The position numbers and the translations under genes were made by a program. Below are positions 1-8,058 of a DNA stretch of 62,118 bases, piece by piece (within the stretch, counting starts at the first letter, position 1; each line of letters opens with the position of its first letter). Source of the stretch: Bacteroidales bacterium UBA3764. Its GTDB lineage: Bacteria > Bacteroidota > Bacteroidia > Bacteroidales > UBA932. Location: NCBI GenBank assembly GCA_002371115.1, contig DFFY01000056.1, forward strand, positions 1 through 62,118, in the 5' to 3' direction. The notes under the pieces were generated by a model. That model had not been told where the DNA came from, did not search any database, and saw nothing but the letters and a program-made list of their open reading frames with translations.

Positions 1-856
1 TGGTCACCAGGTTCAGGATGCCGCCCTTGCCGTCCGCGTCGCCGGGGTACCAGTTCTGAACGGTGGAGTACTTGACATCGGCATCTTTTTCTACAATAAT
101 CTCCACCACGGCGGCGTGGAGCTGCTGCTCGTCCCTCATGGGGGCGGTGCAACCTTCCATGTAGCTGACGTAGGAGCCTTCATCGGCCACAATAAGCGTA
201 CGCTCGAACTGGCCGGTGCCGCGCGCGTTGATGCGGAAGTAGCTGCTGAGCTCCATGGGACAGCGGACGCCCTTGGGGATGTAGCAGAAGGACCCGTCGG
301 AGAAAACGGCGCTGTTCAGGGCCGCGAAATAGTTGTCGGAGGGCGGCACCACGGAGGCCAGATACTTGCGTACCAGGTCCGGATGCTCCTTTACGGCCTC
401 CGAGAAGGAGCAGAAGATAATGCCCTTGTCCGCCAGGGTTTTCCGGAAGGTGGTGGTGACCGATACGGAGTCGAAGACGGCGTCCACCGCCACAACGCCC
501 GCCAGCACGTCCCGCTCCTTGAGTGGAATGCCCAGCTTGTCAAACGTTTCCGCCAGCTTGGGGTCTATCTCCTTGGGGCGGTCCTTGTCCTTTTTGGGCG
601 CCGCAAAATAGATAATATCCTGAAAATCAATTTCCGGCATATCCAGGTGGGCCCAGTCCGGCTGCGGCATAGCCTGCCACTTGCGGAAGGCGTCCAGGCG
701 GAATTCCAGCAGCCACTGAGGCTCCTCTTTCCGCTGGGAAATGAGCCGCACAATGTCCTCGCTCAGCCCTTTGGGAATGAACTCCTGCTCTACGTCCGTC
801 ACAAAGCCCTCCTTGTATTCCCCGGAGGTAAACTGCTGTATGATATCTTCTGCCAT
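1..856 (-). CDS. sufB: Fe-S cluster assembly protein SufB (5' part; runs off the window edge)
   Basis: Manual translation from ATG at 856: [40 protein letters not shown]...[35 protein letters not shown]...GQFERTL...[11 protein letters not shown], which is typical SufB. Absent from the ORF track because it has no stop in the window. Confidence 0.95.
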   Translation of the reverse strand, partial: MAEDIIQQFTSGEYKEGFVTDVEQEFIPKGLSEDIVRLISQRKEEPQWLLEFRLDAFRKWQAMPQPDWAHLDMPEIDFQDIIYFAAPKKDKDRPKEIDPKLAETFDKLGIPLKERDVLAGVVAVDAVFDSVSVTTTFRKTLADKGIIFCSFSEAVKEHPDLVRKYLASVVPPSDNYFAALNSAVFSDGSFCYIPKGVRCPMELSSYFRINARGTGQFERTLIVADEGSYVSYMEGCTAPMRDEQQLHAAVVEIIVEKDADVKYSTVQNWYPGDADGKGGILNLVT

Positions 857-890
857 AGTCTGCAAAGATACAATTTTTGGCCGATTTTAC

Positions 891-1979
891 CTACAGCGCC
901 AGGTCCACCAGCACAATGGCGGCCATGGCCTCCACAATCACCGGCGTCCTAAGGGCAAAGCATACGTCGTGCCGCCCCGGGATGCCGGCTTTGGCTATGC
1001 TGGCAGTGGGTTTGAAGGCCACGCGGAACACCAGCGGGTTGCCGTTGGTGATGCCGCCGTTCACGCCGCCGGCGTGGTTGGTCACGGGCGGCTGCGGGCG
1101 CTTGTGACGGCCGCAGCAGTGATGGCCCTCGCCTTCGCCGTGGTGGCAGCATTCGTGAGATTCTTCGCCGTGCTCAGAATGACAATGGCACTCGTGGCCT
1201 TCTTCGTGTTCCCCATGGCAGCAATGATGCTCCTCCCCCTCTTCATGGTGGCAGTGGTGCTCCGGGAAGGGGTCGTTGTGCTGTGAGCCGCGCATGGCCG
1301 CAGCGGCAAAACCGTCGCCAAACTCAATGCCCCGCACGCCCGGAATGGCAAAAATGGCATGGGAAATCTGGCTTTCCACACTGTTCCAGAAGGGTTCTCC
1401 CAGACCGATGGGAAGGTTCTCCACCACGCATTCCACTACGCCGCCCAGGGAGTCGCCGTCGGCCTGCGCCGCTTCCAGGGCGGGCTTCCAGGCAGTGGAG
1501 TCCTTGAGACCGCCCACCTCAGTGAGGGCCGCGTGAAATTGGGCAAAGTAGAGCATCTTTTTGGCAACCACGCCGGCAGCGACGATGCCCAGGGTGAGCC
1601 GGCCGCTGAAATGGCCGCCGCCCCGCGGGTCGTTGAAGCCGCCAAACTTGAGATTGGCGGTAAAGTCCGCATGGCCCGGGCGGGGATGCTGCCGGAACTG
1701 CTCGTAGTCCTCGCTGCGGGTGTTCTCGTTGCGGAACAGGATGGTAAGCGGGGCGCCGGTGGTGTGGCCCTCGTACACGCCGGAGACTATCTCCGGAAGG
1801 TCGGACTCTATACGGGGCGTCGTGCCCAGGGCGCCGGCCTTGCGGCGGGAGAGGTCTTCTGCAAAATCGGCCTCACTCAGCGGAATGCCGGGCAGCACGC
1901 CGTCCAGCGTGACGCCGATTCTCTCGCCATGGGATTCACCAAAAATACTTACTCTAAACTTGCTTCCAAATGTATTCAT
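891..1979 (-). CDS. aroC: Chorismate synthase with internal His/Cys/Glu-rich insertion
   Basis: N-terminal FGESHG, RPGHAD, GGGHFSGRLT, NHAGGVNGGITNG, FKPTASI and GRHDVC motifs. Confidence 0.95.
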   Translation of the reverse strand: MNTFGSKFRVSIFGESHGERIGVTLDGVLPGIPLSEADFAEDLSRRKAGALGTTPRIESDLPEIVSGVYEGHTTGAPLTILFRNENTRSEDYEQFRQHPRPGHADFTANLKFGGFNDPRGGGHFSGRLTLGIVAAGVVAKKMLYFAQFHAALTEVGGLKDSTAWKPALEAAQADGDSLGGVVECVVENLPIGLGEPFWNSVESQISHAIFAIPGVRGIEFGDGFAAAAMRGSQHNDPFPEHHCHHEEGEEHHCCHGEHEEGHECHCHSEHGEESHECCHHGEGEGHHCCGRHKRPQPPVTNHAGGVNGGITNGNPLVFRVAFKPTASIAKAGIPGRHDVCFALRTPVIVEAMAAIVLVDLAL

Positions 1980-1992
1980 AGCACTTGTTTTT

Positions 1993-2072
1993 GAGATACA
2001 CTCGACTCACTTCGTTCGCTCGGTATGACAGGGTTTGTCATTTCGACCGAGCGGAGCGAGTGGAGAAATCTC
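1993..2072. repeat. REP-like palindromic element overlapping the aroA 3' end
   Basis: gagatacactcgactcacttcgttcgctcggtatgaca...tgtcatttcgaccgagcggagcgagtggagaaatctc imperfect inverted pair. Related copies at 28228-28263 and 54919-55000. Confidence 0.75.
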
Positions 2073-4037
2073 ATTATCAAATAAACGGTTAAAATCAGGG
2101 AAGGATTTGGCGACGCAGGCGGTGTCGTCAATGGTGACGGGGCTGTCTGCACCCAGGGCGGCCACCTTCAGGGCCATCACCATGCGGTGGTCCCCAAAGG
2201 AAGGATAGGCGCCCCCCTTGAGCAACAGCCCTGTAGTCAGCCTTTGGGCAAGAGAAATGCCGGATACCACCATTTCGTCCTCGTTTACCACCACTTCCAC
2301 GCCCATCTGCCGGAGGGTTTGTTCGATGGCGGTGGCGCGGTCCGTCTCTTTGTGCCGCAGCCGCTCCACGCCCAGCAGCCGACTTTCACCCGGGCAGAAG
2401 GCGGCCAAAACCGCCACCATGGGGAACAGGTCCGGGCAGTTGTTCAAATCGGCCCGGAAAGGGCTCAGCGGCGCACGCTTTACGTGGATGGGACCGTCCG
2501 GTCCGTCCAGCTGCGACATGCTGGCGCCGGCTTCCGTGAGGATGTCCATGATGGAAATATCGGCCTGGAGGGAACGCGTGTCCAGCCCGCTCACCTCTAC
2601 ATCGCCGAAGATGGCACCGGCCACCAGGAACGGGGCGGCGCCGGACCAGTCCGCCTCAATGGCAAAATCGGCCGCCTGATAGCGCTGACCGCCCTTGATG
2701 CGGAAGTTCACGCCCGTGCACAGGCTCCAGTCCTGCGTTTCCAGGAAATCGTCCCCGCCCTCCATCTCCGAGCCAATCTTGATGCCGAATTTTTTGAGGA
2801 CGTCCACGGTGATGAACAGATACGGGATGCTGCGGGGCTCATGGACGTACAGGACCGATTTTTCGCTGAGCAGCGGCAGGGCGGCCAGCAGACCGCTCAC
2901 CAGTTGTGAGCCGCCTTTGCCGGAGACATCGGCCCGGCCGGGCAGCAGCGGACCCGCCACCCGGAGCGGCAGGTAGCAGTCTGTTTTACGAGATGCATTG
3001 CTCTCCGGGTACAGCCGCGCGCCGTAGGCGGCCATGATATCGTGCGCATCCGTCAGGGGACGCGCGAGTAGTGTTTTTTCGCCCGTGACCCGCACGGGGG
3101 CCGGCGACAGGGCCGCCAATAGCGGAATCATAAGCCGCGTCAGGAAACCGGACTCGCCGGTATGCAGTTCCTGCAGGTGCAGTCCGCCTTCGCGGGCGCC
3201 GATTCCTTCTATAATTAACTGGGAACCATCCACTTGCACCTTTGCGCCCAGGGCCTGGGCCGCCTTCAGGGCACTCTCGTTGTCCCCGCAGGGCGAATAG
3301 CCGCCCAGGTGCGAGGTCCCCTCCGCCAGCGCCGCCGCAATAATGGCCCGCTGGGCAAAACTCTTGGACGCCGGCATGGGCAGCATCTCCGCCTTCACAA
3401 AGCGGAAATTGCCGTACACGGCCTGTCGCATGGCCTCTGCGGTCCATTGGCCGGGGGCAGTGGCATCCTCTTCGCTTAGGCAGGCATAGGTAAACGGTGC
3501 GCCGCGTTTCAGCGCTTCCAGGCGCGAGGCGCGGCCTTTTTCGCCCATGCAGAAGGCCACCAGGGTGCCGGGCGCAGCGGCCTCATACAGCTGCGCGACC
3601 ACGGCATTATCGGCCTCAGAAGTGGCTGTAGTGACGATTTTCACCACCTCTCCGCCAAACTGGCGGGCGCGTTCCACCAGGGATTGCAGCACCGGGAGCG
3701 GCGGGGTGTCCGTGAAGTTGTGGTACGAGCGGATGAGCACCGTGCCCCACTCGCGGCAGGCCTCGCGGATGCGACGCCCCACGGCGGCGGGCGCCTCCAT
3801 CTCCAGGTCCACGTACTTGGCACCGGCCTGGATGGCCCGCTCAAGAATGGCTGGGGCCTGGGATTCTTCCGCCAATCGGCACGTAGCGATGAGCGGAACG
3901 TCGGACTCCGAGAAGAGCTGGTCTATCTCCTCTTCCTCCAGGGCACAGCGGTCCAGGCGGATTTCCGCCATCTCCAGCCCGGGCAGGAGGTCCAGGATTT
4001 CCTGCAGTTCCTTATTTTGTAGCGAAGTAACAATCAT
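2007..4037 (-). CDS. aroA: Bifunctional type I 3-dehydroquinate dehydratase (AroD) / EPSP synthase (AroA)
   Basis: N-half has EIRLD, LIATCR, YVDLE, SYHNF, VVKIV, FCMG..G..SRL, APGQ (type I DHQase). C-half has PASKS..QRA, GESG..TR, SQLVSGLL, LRHKETDR, DHRMVM, VAKSFPDF (EPSPS). Start placed at ATG 4037, overlapping the aroB end. Confidence 0.93.
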   Translation of the reverse strand: MIVTSLQNKELQEILDLLPGLEMAEIRLDRCALEEEEIDQLFSESDVPLIATCRLAEESQAPAILERAIQAGAKYVDLEMEAPAAVGRRIREACREWGTVLIRSYHNFTDTPPLPVLQSLVERARQFGGEVVKIVTTATSEADNAVVAQLYEAAAPGTLVAFCMGEKGRASRLEALKRGAPFTYACLSEEDATAPGQWTAEAMRQAVYGNFRFVKAEMLPMPASKSFAQRAIIAAALAEGTSHLGGYSPCGDNESALKAAQALGAKVQVDGSQLIIEGIGAREGGLHLQELHTGESGFLTRLMIPLLAALSPAPVRVTGEKTLLARPLTDAHDIMAAYGARLYPESNASRKTDCYLPLRVAGPLLPGRADVSGKGGSQLVSGLLAALPLLSEKSVLYVHEPRSIPYLFITVDVLKKFGIKIGSEMEGGDDFLETQDWSLCTGVNFRIKGGQRYQAADFAIEADWSGAAPFLVAGAIFGDVEVSGLDTRSLQADISIMDILTEAGASMSQLDGPDGPIHVKRAPLSPFRADLNNCPDLFPMVAVLAAFCPGESRLLGVERLRHKETDRATAIEQTLRQMGVEVVVNEDEMVVSGISLAQRLTTGLLLKGGAYPSFGDHRMVMALKVAALGADSPVTIDDTACVAKSFPDFNRLFDNEISPLAPLGRNDKPCHTERTK

Positions 4038-5055
4038 AGGGTAATTCTTGCAAAATAACGTCTCCGGGGGCGCGCAGGAGCACAAATTTCACCTTTCCGC
4101 CCGCCGCTGCCTTCTTGTCTTTGCGCAAGGCTTCCACCAGCTCTTCCACCGGATACGGGCTTTCCGTCGGGAGGCCCACGGCGGTGAAATCGGCCTTGAG
4201 CTGCGCTGCAAGGCCTTTTTGCGCCACGCCTAAGCGCTCGGACAGCTCCGCCGCCAGGAGGATGCCCATGGCCACGGCTTCCCCGTGGGTGATATCGGCC
4301 CCTTTCTGGCGCGCCGCGTGCTCGATGGCATGCCCGAAGGTGTGCCCAAGGTTCAGTTTGGCGCGGACGCCGTGCTCCTCCGGGTCCTCCGTGACGATTT
4401 GCGCCTTGATGGCCGCCGCCCGCCGGATGTCGTCCTCAAATTGGGCCGATTTTAAGGACGAAGTGCCCATTTCGACCCTCTCGTCCTCATTTTGGGCCGA
4501 TTTTAAGGACGAGACGGTGGCGGCATAGGCCGGACCGTCGCCGATGAGGAAGGTTTTAAGCAGTTCCGCCAGACCGCAGCGCCACTCGCGCTCCGGCAGC
4601 GTGCGCAGGAAGGCGGCCTCCAGCACCGTGAATTCCGGCATACGGAAGGCGCCCAGCATGTTTTTGTAGCCGTCCAGGTTCACGCCCGTTTTTCCGCCGA
4701 TGGCCGCGTCCACCTGCGCCAAGAGCGTGGTGGGCACGTTCGCATAGCGGATGCCGCGCTTGTAGATGGCGGCCGTGAAGCCCACCAGATCCGTGGTGAT
4801 GCCGCCGCCGACAGCCAGCAGGAGGGCGCCGCGGGAGGCATCGGCCTGTAAAAGCCAGCGCTCCAGGGCCTGCACCGTTTCCAGGGTTTTGGCCTCCTCC
4901 GAGGTTTCCAAAGCCAGCGAGGCGCGCACCGGAAGGGCATCGAGCAGCGGCAAGGCGACGCTTCCCGCGTTTTTGTCGTACACCACAAAGAGCTCCGGCT
5001 CCGTTTGCAGGCGGGCCAGGGCTTCGGATAAGGAAACGAGGACGGGTGCAGTCAT
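4012..5055 (-). CDS. aroB: 3-dehydroquinate synthase
   Basis: GGGITTDLVGF, VPTTLLAQVDAAIGGKTGVN, KNMLGAF, LNLGHTFGHAIE, HGEAVAMG, DKK. Confidence 0.96.
   Translation of the reverse strand: MTAPVLVSLSEALARLQTEPELFVVYDKNAGSVALPLLDALPVRASLALETSEEAKTLETVQALERWLLQADASRGALLLAVGGGITTDLVGFTAAIYKRGIRYANVPTTLLAQVDAAIGGKTGVNLDGYKNMLGAFRMPEFTVLEAAFLRTLPEREWRCGLAELLKTFLIGDGPAYAATVSSLKSAQNEDERVEMGTSSLKSAQFEDDIRRAAAIKAQIVTEDPEEHGVRAKLNLGHTFGHAIEHAARQKGADITHGEAVAMGILLAAELSERLGVAQKGLAAQLKADFTAVGLPTESPYPVEELVEALRKDKKAAAGGKVKFVLLRAPGDVILQELPYDCYFATK
4430..4512. repeat. Two 32-bp palindromic units inserted in frame in aroB
   Basis: tcgtcctcaaattgggccgattttaaggacga (4430-4461) and tcgtcctcattttgggccgattttaaggacga (4481-4512). 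They encode SSLKSAQ[N/F]ED twice. Confidence 0.8.
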
Positions 5056-5073
5056 AGTTAGACGTTTAAGTTA

Positions 5074-5121
5074 CAAAGATAACGGAAAAATTTGGCAGTT
5101 CCCCGAATTTAGCCTAAATTT
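5074..5121. promoter_or_regulatory. Divergent Bacteroidetes sigma-A -7 elements for aroB (minus) and tRNA-Leu (plus)
   Basis: TATCTTTG on minus (5074-5081) and TAAATTTG on plus (~5115-5122) match the TAnnTTTG consensus. Confidence 0.6.
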
Positions 5122-5148
5122 GCAATCCTGTCTTATCCAAGACGCCCT

Positions 5149-5232
5149 GCCCGGATGGCGGAATTGGTAGACGCGCTGGACTCAAAATCCTGTGATAGCA
5201 ATATCGTGCGGGTTCGATTCCCGCTCTGGGCA
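5149..5232 (+). tRNA. tRNA-Leu (anticodon CAA)
   Basis: gcccgga acceptor paired with tctgggc, D-arm ggcggaattggtagacgc, anticodon loop ct-caa-aa, long variable arm, T-loop ggttcgattccc. Confidence 0.95.
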
Positions 5233-5237
5233 CGAGC

Positions 5238-5285
5238 AAAATCCGTAACAATCTCGAAATTAGATTGTTATGGATTTCTCTTTTC
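5238..5285 (+). terminator. Element-supplied hairpin/terminator after the tRNA
   Basis: aaatccgtaacaatct-cgaaatt-agattgttatggattt followed by a T-rich tract. Confidence 0.65.
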
Positions 5286-5340
5286 TTTTTGCACGACATT
5301 TGCGCAACGGAAATGGGATAGGCGTGCGGTTGACATCGAA

Positions 5341-8046
5341 CTACATCGGATAGATAACATTTCGTAGTGCATAATATACTCCGCCTTCTTCTATCCATGA
5401 CGCAGGAACATATATTTTACAATGGTAATATAAAAAACTGCTAAGTAACGAAATGGGAAAACATGCATGGAGATATATTGTAGCATTGTTGAAGGCGTAA
5501 CCATCACAATTGCAGCAGGTCTCAGGAATAACTATTGTCAGTTTACTGGAGGACACAAAAGCCCACCCACTAATAGTATTAATTACAGGAATATTTACGT
5601 TTTCAAGATTTGTACATTCCAAAAATGCGCCCCTTCCAATAGTTGTGGCCACAGGCAGATCAATGCTCGCAAGACTTGTGCAGCCGATAAACGCATCAGT
5701 TTCAATAGTTGTGGCAGAAGGTAAATCAATGCTCGCAAGATTTGTACATTCCCTAAATGCATGCTCACCAATAGTTGTGGCTGAAGGTAAATTAATGCTC
5801 GCAAGATTTGTACATTCCCTAAATGCATGCTCACCAATAGTTGTAGCAGAAGGTAAATCAATGCTCGCAAGACTTGTGCAGTCGAGAAACGCCATCTTGC
5901 CAATTGTTGTGGCCACAGGCAGATCAATGCTCGCAAGACTTGTGCAATTGCTAAATGCGCCCCCTCCAATAGTTGTGGCAGAAGGTAAATCAATGCTCGC
6001 AAGACTTGTGCAATTGCTAAATGCGCCCCCTCCAATAGTTGTGGCAGAAGGTAAATCAATGCTCGCAAGATTTGTACATTCCAAAAATGCGCCCTCTCCA
6101 ATAGTTGTGGCCACAGGCAGATCAATGCTCGCAAGATTTGTACATTCCCAAAATGCCTGCTCACCAATAGTTGTAGCAGAAGGTAAATCAATGCTCGCAA
6201 GACTTGTGCAATGGCTAAATGCGCTCCTACCAATAGTTGTGGCTGAAGGTAAATCAATGCTCGCAAGACTTGTGCAGCAGATAAACGCATCAGCTTCAAT
6301 AGTTGTAGCAGTAGGAAAACTAACACTTTCTAAACTCGTACAACACCAAAACGCACGCTCTTTTATGCTGATAACTGTCGGTGAATAAATGCTCTTCAAG
6401 TTACCAAAGTTATAGTCAGTAATAATTACAGTAACCGGTGAACTGAAGACAATACGACCAACACCATTTATATATGTGTTGGAAATAGTAATATCCTCAT
6501 AGCCCCAATAGGCTGTGTCAATGATTTTCCCGTCGGTCGTAGTATAATAGATGACATTGGGGGATTCATCCGTATGAAACGATTGCGTAGTTCCGGTCAG
6601 TTCATAAACACCATTGTGATATTTTACGTAACCAGTATAGCTGTAGTCGGTGTTGTCTTCAAGTTCATTGAAGTCAATTTCAAGGGATACGATAGACATA
6701 TCCTCAATTTCATCAATAGAATAATTCGTTATGACTTCTTCGGTGAAAGGGATATACCGCGTTTCTCCCGAGGCAAGATTCTGTAAAAACAAACCAGCTT
6801 CTACATCATCGCTATCCGCCTCTGAAGCCTTCGTGTTGGCACGAACTGAATATTGTTTCAGGTTGTCAGAATATGTCGGCACCTTTGCTCGGCCACGGTA
6901 TCCGACTTTGTCAACCTTTACAGGCTTTACTGCATAGCTATTGAGATGTACGCAACGATATGCATCGGACCCACGCCGATAAAAGCCATCTGTTCCATTA
7001 TAGTTTTTGAAGGCATCTTTAGAACTCTTTCCCAGTGTTATAAACGATGGGTAAAACTTACTAAACAGCTCAAGTACTCTTGAGCCTTTAATACTAGAAA
7101 CAGCACCAAAAAAATCCGCACAGTCTGCAGCCTCCAACACCTTGAATAATTCAGAATTCTTATTCCCTGCGTAACACATACTGGTCCACACAATTGTATT
7201 TTTGAACGGCCCAACAACATACTTATTTATACCTAAAAGCTTGCGCATTGTTTCCGCTGGAAGTTGAAGTGTATTAACGCCAGCCGTCTTTCCGTAATTA
7301 AATTCGTACTTATTTCGTTTAAGATAATTTATGTTCTCCATAGTACGCGGAATAGCGATCTCTCCTCTTTGTGTTCCATGAGATGCAATGAATACAAAAC
7401 TAAATTCGGAAAGGGCGACCAGATCATATAAATTCGTATACTCAACGATATGTGCAGAGCCATGAACAGCCTTTAAAACACCCTTTATCCCGGCATTATC
7501 CTCTTTCCTCAATTCTTTCCAGGGACACCAGATTGCAAACCCTTTTCCTCCAATCTTTCTCTCTGGAATGTTACTGCCCGTAGCTTTGGTATCGACTTGA
7601 TTTGTAGTCGCTATGCTTGGAGTACTCGCTTTGACCTCTACATCACCGTCGGAAGAAGATAACCCGTAATGAAGGGTCAGCGAATCCAGAGCGGCACGAA
7701 TAGATAACGAATCAACATCTGAAGGAATTGGTTCCGTCCAGCACTTCCCGGCAATATCGTACATGTAATCGTATCCCCCGGCGAAACTGAGAAACAAAAC
7801 GCTGTCCACAATTTCATACGATTCATAAGTCGGTAACTCTGAAGCGAATGCTATAAGAGATTCAAACATAACTCCTTCCCTATCAAGAAACGATGAGATT
7901 TGTTCTGCACCGTCCAGATATGTCAGGAATTTTTTATCATAGGTGTTTTCCTCTGTGGTCGAGTTATTTTCTAGAGCATGGCAGGAAGCCATAATCACTG
8001 TCAAAATCAAACTGAAGATGACGTGAACGGTGTTGTATTTCTTCAT
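5341..8046 (-). CDS. Surface lipoprotein with putative clan CD (caspase/gingipain-like) domain and C-terminal BspA-type (LRR_5) leucine-rich repeats
   Basis: Lipoprotein signal ending ..VIMASC. FVFIASHG and IVWTSMC motifs. About 12 repeats of ASIDLP[S/V]ATTIGxxAFxxCT[S/N]L. Confidence 0.8.
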   Translation of the reverse strand: MKKYNTVHVIFSLILTVIMASCHALENNSTTEENTYDKKFLTYLDGAEQISSFLDREGVMFESLIAFASELPTYESYEIVDSVLFLSFAGGYDYMYDIAGKCWTEPIPSDVDSLSIRAALDSLTLHYGLSSSDGDVEVKASTPSIATTNQVDTKATGSNIPERKIGGKGFAIWCPWKELRKEDNAGIKGVLKAVHGSAHIVEYTNLYDLVALSEFSFVFIASHGTQRGEIAIPRTMENINYLKRNKYEFNYGKTAGVNTLQLPAETMRKLLGINKYVVGPFKNTIVWTSMCYAGNKNSELFKVLEAADCADFFGAVSSIKGSRVLELFSKFYPSFITLGKSSKDAFKNYNGTDGFYRRGSDAYRCVHLNSYAVKPVKVDKVGYRGRAKVPTYSDNLKQYSVRANTKASEADSDDVEAGLFLQNLASGETRYIPFTEEVITNYSIDEIEDMSIVSLEIDFNELEDNTDYSYTGYVKYHNGVYELTGTTQSFHTDESPNVIYYTTTDGKIIDTAYWGYEDITISNTYINGVGRIVFSSPVTVIITDYNFGNLKSIYSPTVISIKERAFWCCTSLESVSFPTATTIEADAFICCTSLASIDLPSATTIGRSAFSHCTSLASIDLPSATTIGEQAFWECTNLASIDLPVATTIGEGAFLECTNLASIDLPSATTIGGGAFSNCTSLASIDLPSATTIGGGAFSNCTSLASIDLPVATTIGKMAFLDCTSLASIDLPSATTIGEHAFRECTNLASINLPSATTIGEHAFRECTNLASIDLPSATTIETDAFIGCTSLASIDLPVATTIGRGAFLECTNLENVNIPVINTISGWAFVSSSKLTIVIPETCCNCDGYAFNNATIYLHACFPISLLSSFLYYHCKIYVPASWIEEGGVYYALRNVIYPM
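5600..6390 (-). repeat. 66-bp coding tandem repeat array (22-aa LRR units)
   Basis: tcaatgctcgcaaga recurs every 66 bp. Ten core ASIDLP/ASINLP units plus degenerate flanking units. Confidence 0.95.
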
Positions 8047-8058
8047 ATACTGATGATA

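Noticed and set aside
5510-6388. Repetitive ORFs in alternative frames over the LRR array
   Set aside because: By-products of a stop-free 66-bp repeat
5600-6390. 66-bp periodic array resembling a CRISPR period
   Set aside because: The units are in-frame LRR codons with no unique spacers, and no cas genes are present
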